Source: an uncultured bacterium
Lineage (GTDB): Bacteria > Actinomycetota > Acidimicrobiia > Spongiisociales > UBA4744
Length of the DNA: 64,000 bases
Assembly: GCA_963827865.1 (NCBI GenBank)
Contig: CAWHCO010000001.1
Location: forward strand, 111,304-175,303
Direction: 5' to 3'
The notes under the pieces were generated by a model, which worked only from the letters and a program-made list of their open reading frames with translations, was not told the origin of the DNA and ran no database searches. Within the stretch, counting starts at the first letter, position 1; the number at the start of each line of letters is the position of its first letter. Shown piece by piece: positions 58,849 through 64,000 of this stretch. The position numbers and the translations under genes were made by a program.

Positions 58849-59934
58849 ATGCGCACCGTGTCACTGTCACATCGGACGACGAGAATCTGGGTGCTCTGGC
58901 TGCTCGTGGGCACTCTTGCCGCGTTTTGGCTTCAGTTGGCCCTGGTGGAAGCCTACGACGGCAACTGGACGAGCCTGATCGGCGTGGGCCGAACGTCCGG
59001 GCTGAGGGTGCCCATCGAGAAAGAACTCGGCACCCTCGCCTACACCGTCCCCCATGGATATGACGGCCGGTATTCATTTCTGATCGCTGTCGACCCCTTC
59101 AACCACCGCGGAATGGCGGCGTTGTTCGATCGGCCCGCATACCGATACCGTCGCATCCTGTACTCGTTTCTGGCCGGGGGCGGTGGTCTCTTCAACGGAC
59201 CGACCGCGCTGGCGGGTCTCGTGATCCTGTCGGCGCTCGGCATCGGGCTCGCAACCGCTGCCGTGGCGGGACTGTCACTTCGACTGGGAGTCGGCCGGTG
59301 GGTGGTCGCCGGCGTACTTGCGAATCCTGGTGTCTGGCTGACGGTGCTCCTGTTGACACCGGATGCTCTGGCGTTGGGGCTTGCTTTGTCAGGCCTGCTG
59401 CTGTGGTGGGATCGCCGCTACACCTGGGCGGTGGTCATCCTTGCTCTCGCCGCCCTGACGAAAGAGCACTACTTGATCGTCGCCTTTTCGCTTGCCGGCT
59501 GGGCTTGGTTTCGCCGTGAACGAAAACACGCCGTAGCCCTCGTCCTGGGCGCGACGGCGCCAATCGCACTCTGGACCGCTTGGCTACTCCGAACGATCGA
59601 ACACGGGTCCCTCGCCGGAGGCAACCTCGCGCTCCTCGGGGTCCTGGAAGCCTCTCGCGTCTGGGGAACCATCCCGCCCACCGAACGAGGTTTCGCCGTG
59701 ATCACACTCATCGGCGTGATCTTCGCCGCCGTGCTTCCCATCAGAGGAGACTCGTTCCTTCGATGGCTCACATGGCCCTGGGTGGCACTGGCACTCGTGA
59801 CATCAGGATGGGTCTGGGACCTCGGCAACAATGCTGCGAGGGTGCTCGCTCCCGTCTGGGTGTTCGCGATCTTGTCGCTCGCGATGTGGATTCGTCGTCG
59901 CCGGACAGCGGTGCCACTTCCTGCACCGGACTAA
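58849..59934 (+). CDS. Membrane glycopolymer-modifying protein paralogue 3 (GT-C-like)
   Basis: [44 protein letters not shown]. Confidence 0.78.
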   Translation: MRTVSLSHRTTRIWVLWLLVGTLAAFWLQLALVEAYDGNWTSLIGVGRTSGLRVPIEKELGTLAYTVPHGYDGRYSFLIAVDPFNHRGMAALFDRPAYRYRRILYSFLAGGGGLFNGPTALAGLVILSALGIGLATAAVAGLSLRLGVGRWVVAGVLANPGVWLTVLLLTPDALALGLALSGLLLWWDRRYTWAVVILALAALTKEHYLIVAFSLAGWAWFRRERKHAVALVLGATAPIALWTAWLLRTIEHGSLAGGNLALLGVLEASRVWGTIPPTERGFAVITLIGVIFAAVLPIRGDSFLRWLTWPWVALALVTSGWVWDLGNNAARVLAPVWVFAILSLAMWIRRRRTAVPLPAPD

Positions 59935-60364
59935 CCGACCTCTGCCCCCTGGAGCACGTCTCGCAGGAACTTGCCTGTGTAGCTCTCGGGGATGGTGATG
60001 ATCATCTCTGGTGGTCCTTCGGCGACGATGGCGCCACCTTCGTCGCCTCCCTCTGGTCCGAGGTCGACGATCCAGTCTGCGGTCTTGATGACGTCCAGGT
60101 TGTGTTCGATGATGACAACCGTGTTGCCACTGTCGACGAGTCGGCCGAGGACACCGAGGAGCTTGCGGATGTCTTCGAAGTGCAGCCCCGTGGTCGGTTC
60201 GTCGAGGATGTAGAAGGTGCGACCGGTCGATCGCCGTCCGAGTTCGGAGGCGAGCTTGACGCGTTGTGCTTCGCCGCCGGAAAGTGTCGGTGCGGGCTGG
60301 CCGAGCTTCAGATAGCCGAGCCCGACGTCGAAGATCGTCTGGAGGATACGGGCGATACTCGGCT
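59931..60364 (-). pseudogene. uvrA: Displaced duplicate of the uvrA 3' end (434 bp, startless)
   Basis: Colinear without indels with 62000-62433, ~40 mismatches by hand count; encodes [12 protein letters not shown]...LDEPTTGLH...EHN; preceded by in-frame TAG. Confidence 0.92.
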
Positions 60365-60469
60365 AGGCACTAGGACCCGTCTACATGCAGGACACGGCGA
60401 ACGGTGTCCTTGAGTCGTCGAGTCCGGAGTCGACACTCGGGGGCCGTTGCTCGTCATGGGGCCTTCCCA

Positions 60470-61612
60470 CTAGCCGACCACCGGCGCGTGGTACGAGCAG
60501 TGGCGCCGCTGGGCAGTGCGGCGGTACCACCAACCGCCCAGCCGTCTCACCCCGGGCACCCCTAGGAACGGGGCTACCAGGTATGCAAGGGGAAGCACTC
60601 CAAGGATCCGGCGCACGGCCTCAAACCCCGAGGAACGCCGACCGGCGTCGATGAGTTGCATCGCTGTATCCGCCTCGAGACGGGTGACGCCCAGCAGTTG
60701 AAGCGCGCCCACATCGCTCGAACGGACCGTCTCGATCACACCGAACACATCCAGGCGTCTGAACCACTTCACCCAGGTAGTGCAGAACGAACACGAGTCA
60801 TCCCAGACGACGGTCCTTTCGTGACCCCCTATGAACAGCGGGTAGAGGACCACCAACTCCATTGCGAAGACGATCAGCTGTACGGTCGGTGCCATGAAGA
60901 GGGCAATCACTCCGTGAAGCGCCACACCGAGGCCGATAGCTGCCGTCCGGGAACGCCGGAACCAAAGCCCGACGGCAATCGCGATCTCCGTACAGACTGC
61001 CCCGGCAGACACCAAGGCGAGCAGATACGGAGTACGGAAACGGTCGGGGAATCCAACCAGCCCTGAACCGAGCTGGCTGGCCAGCACCAGACCGGATAGG
61101 AACGCCTCATTGAGTTTCCAGAGGGCTGCGAAACCGTAGACGATGGAGACCTGTGCCTTGATCAGAAGGACGACTCCTCCTGAGCACACAGCTGCTCCCC
61201 GACCATGCCTGGCGTCCACCGACAGAGCAGCCCCGCTGTCCGCCACGGTGAGAAGGCCCACCAACAGCATCATGAGGTACAGGTGGTTGGAGTATGTCTG
61301 CCGGTCGTAGACGAGTACCAGCATGAGCACCCCTGTCAGGAGGGCGCCGGCGATCCTCGTCCGATACCCCAGCGTGAATGCCGTCGCAGCGGCCACCCAC
61401 AGCACGATGAGCGTCAAGCTGATCGAAGTGCTCGGCTGGAGCCACGAAAGGTACGGCACGCGGAGCAGGTGAGGATCTGCCAACCCAAGCAGAACAGGGG
61501 TACCGTCGAAAGCTCGAATCACGGCAGCCGCGCCGACCCCGATACGTGCCCAACCGACGAGGCGAGCATTCACCGGTGCCGCCCATCTAGCCACCGCAAA
61601 GTACCTCGACAC
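60470..61612 (-). CDS. HTTM-domain (vitamin-K carboxylase/SdpB-like) protein fused to a DCC1-like thiol-disulfide domain
   Basis: YSNHLYL, QVSIVYGFAALWKL, LHGVI HTTM motifs; C-terminal WDDSCSFC (DxxCxxC) DUF393 domain. Confidence 0.82.
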   Translation of the reverse strand: MSRYFAVARWAAPVNARLVGWARIGVGAAAVIRAFDGTPVLLGLADPHLLRVPYLSWLQPSTSISLTLIVLWVAAATAFTLGYRTRIAGALLTGVLMLVLVYDRQTYSNHLYLMMLLVGLLTVADSGAALSVDARHGRGAAVCSGGVVLLIKAQVSIVYGFAALWKLNEAFLSGLVLASQLGSGLVGFPDRFRTPYLLALVSAGAVCTEIAIAVGLWFRRSRTAAIGLGVALHGVIALFMAPTVQLIVFAMELVVLYPLFIGGHERTVVWDDSCSFCTTWVKWFRRLDVFGVIETVRSSDVGALQLLGVTRLEADTAMQLIDAGRRSSGFEAVRRILGVLPLAYLVAPFLGVPGVRRLGGWWYRRTAQRRHCSYHAPVVG

Positions 61613-61896
61613 TCATCGACGTCGACAGCCACCACGCCCTGCATCACCCGACAGAGATGAGCAGGCAACACCTCGGCGTACGGTATCTCAGCACGCGTTC
61701 GAACGACTTCGTCCGTGAGGGGCACCTTGCGTCGGGTGCCGTCCTCGAAAACCACCTCGATGTGCGGCGATGCCGGTGCCGCCGAGTACATCGCCCACGC
61801 GAACGGCGCCGGATGCGGCTGGGTCGCCCACATCACCACGGGGACGGCGAGTTGTACCGCGAGGTACGCAACACCAAGTACGACGCGGAGTTTCAC
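61570..61896 (-). CDS. Small membrane-anchored partner of the HTTM protein (SdpA/DUF5819-like)
   Basis: N-terminal TM then FAWAMYS, similar to the W-x-M-F motif of HTTM partners; overlaps the HTTM start. Confidence 0.5.
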   Translation of the reverse strand: MKLRVVLGVAYLAVQLAVPVVMWATQPHPAPFAWAMYSAAPASPHIEVVFEDGTRRKVPLTDEVVRTRAEIPYAEVLPAHLCRVMQGVVAVDVDECRGTLRWLDGRHR

Positions 61897-61999
61897 GATG
61901 GCATTATCGGCTGCGGCCTCGACATTCCGCGGGCTTTTGCGGCAATCGACAGGACCAGGACCACGAGAGTCGTGGACAAGTCTGAGCCGTCCCGGCGGG

Positions 62000-64000
<2,001 letters not shown>

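Overview
High-GC bacterial chromosomal window. Gene order (uvrA-uvrC-rapZ-yvcK-pgk-tpiA, secG-tRNA-Leu), leaderless promoters and SLH/lipoprotein content point to an actinomycete, probably Acidimicrobiia (inference). Layout: 1-6.1 kb polyamine/omega-amino-acid catabolism; 6.3-25.7 kb accessory genes, including a cyclic-nucleotide signalling module ending in a cysteine-free REC-TrxB fusion and an arsR-arsP-thioredoxin operon; 25.9-32.3 kb integrase remnant plus two proton pumps (P3A H+-ATPase, K+-independent H+-PPase); 32.4-40.0 kb a stack of four integrase-less modules downstream of tRNA-Leu(GAG), each bounded by a degenerate copy of the tRNA 3' end (two are ~0.9 kb toxin-antitoxin-only cassettes, one carries a selenocysteine peroxiredoxin with a SECIS hairpin and a WxL-like pair); 40.3-45.8 kb an insertion between secG and gpmA (DUF5677-like gene, PolB-like remnant, multi-PAS kinase, hairpin-dense non-coding segment); 45.9-52.7 kb core glycolysis/uvrC cluster lacking whiA and gap; 52.9-62.0 kb a membrane glycosyltransferase (GT-C) island plus an HTTM cassette flanked by a 434-bp displaced copy of the uvrA 3' end; 62.0-64.0 kb uvrA (partial). 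About a dozen single-base frameshifts, including one in rapZ, suggest sequencing indels, so pseudogene calls need caution. No CRISPR array or rRNA seen. All family assignments are from motif recognition; no searches were run.
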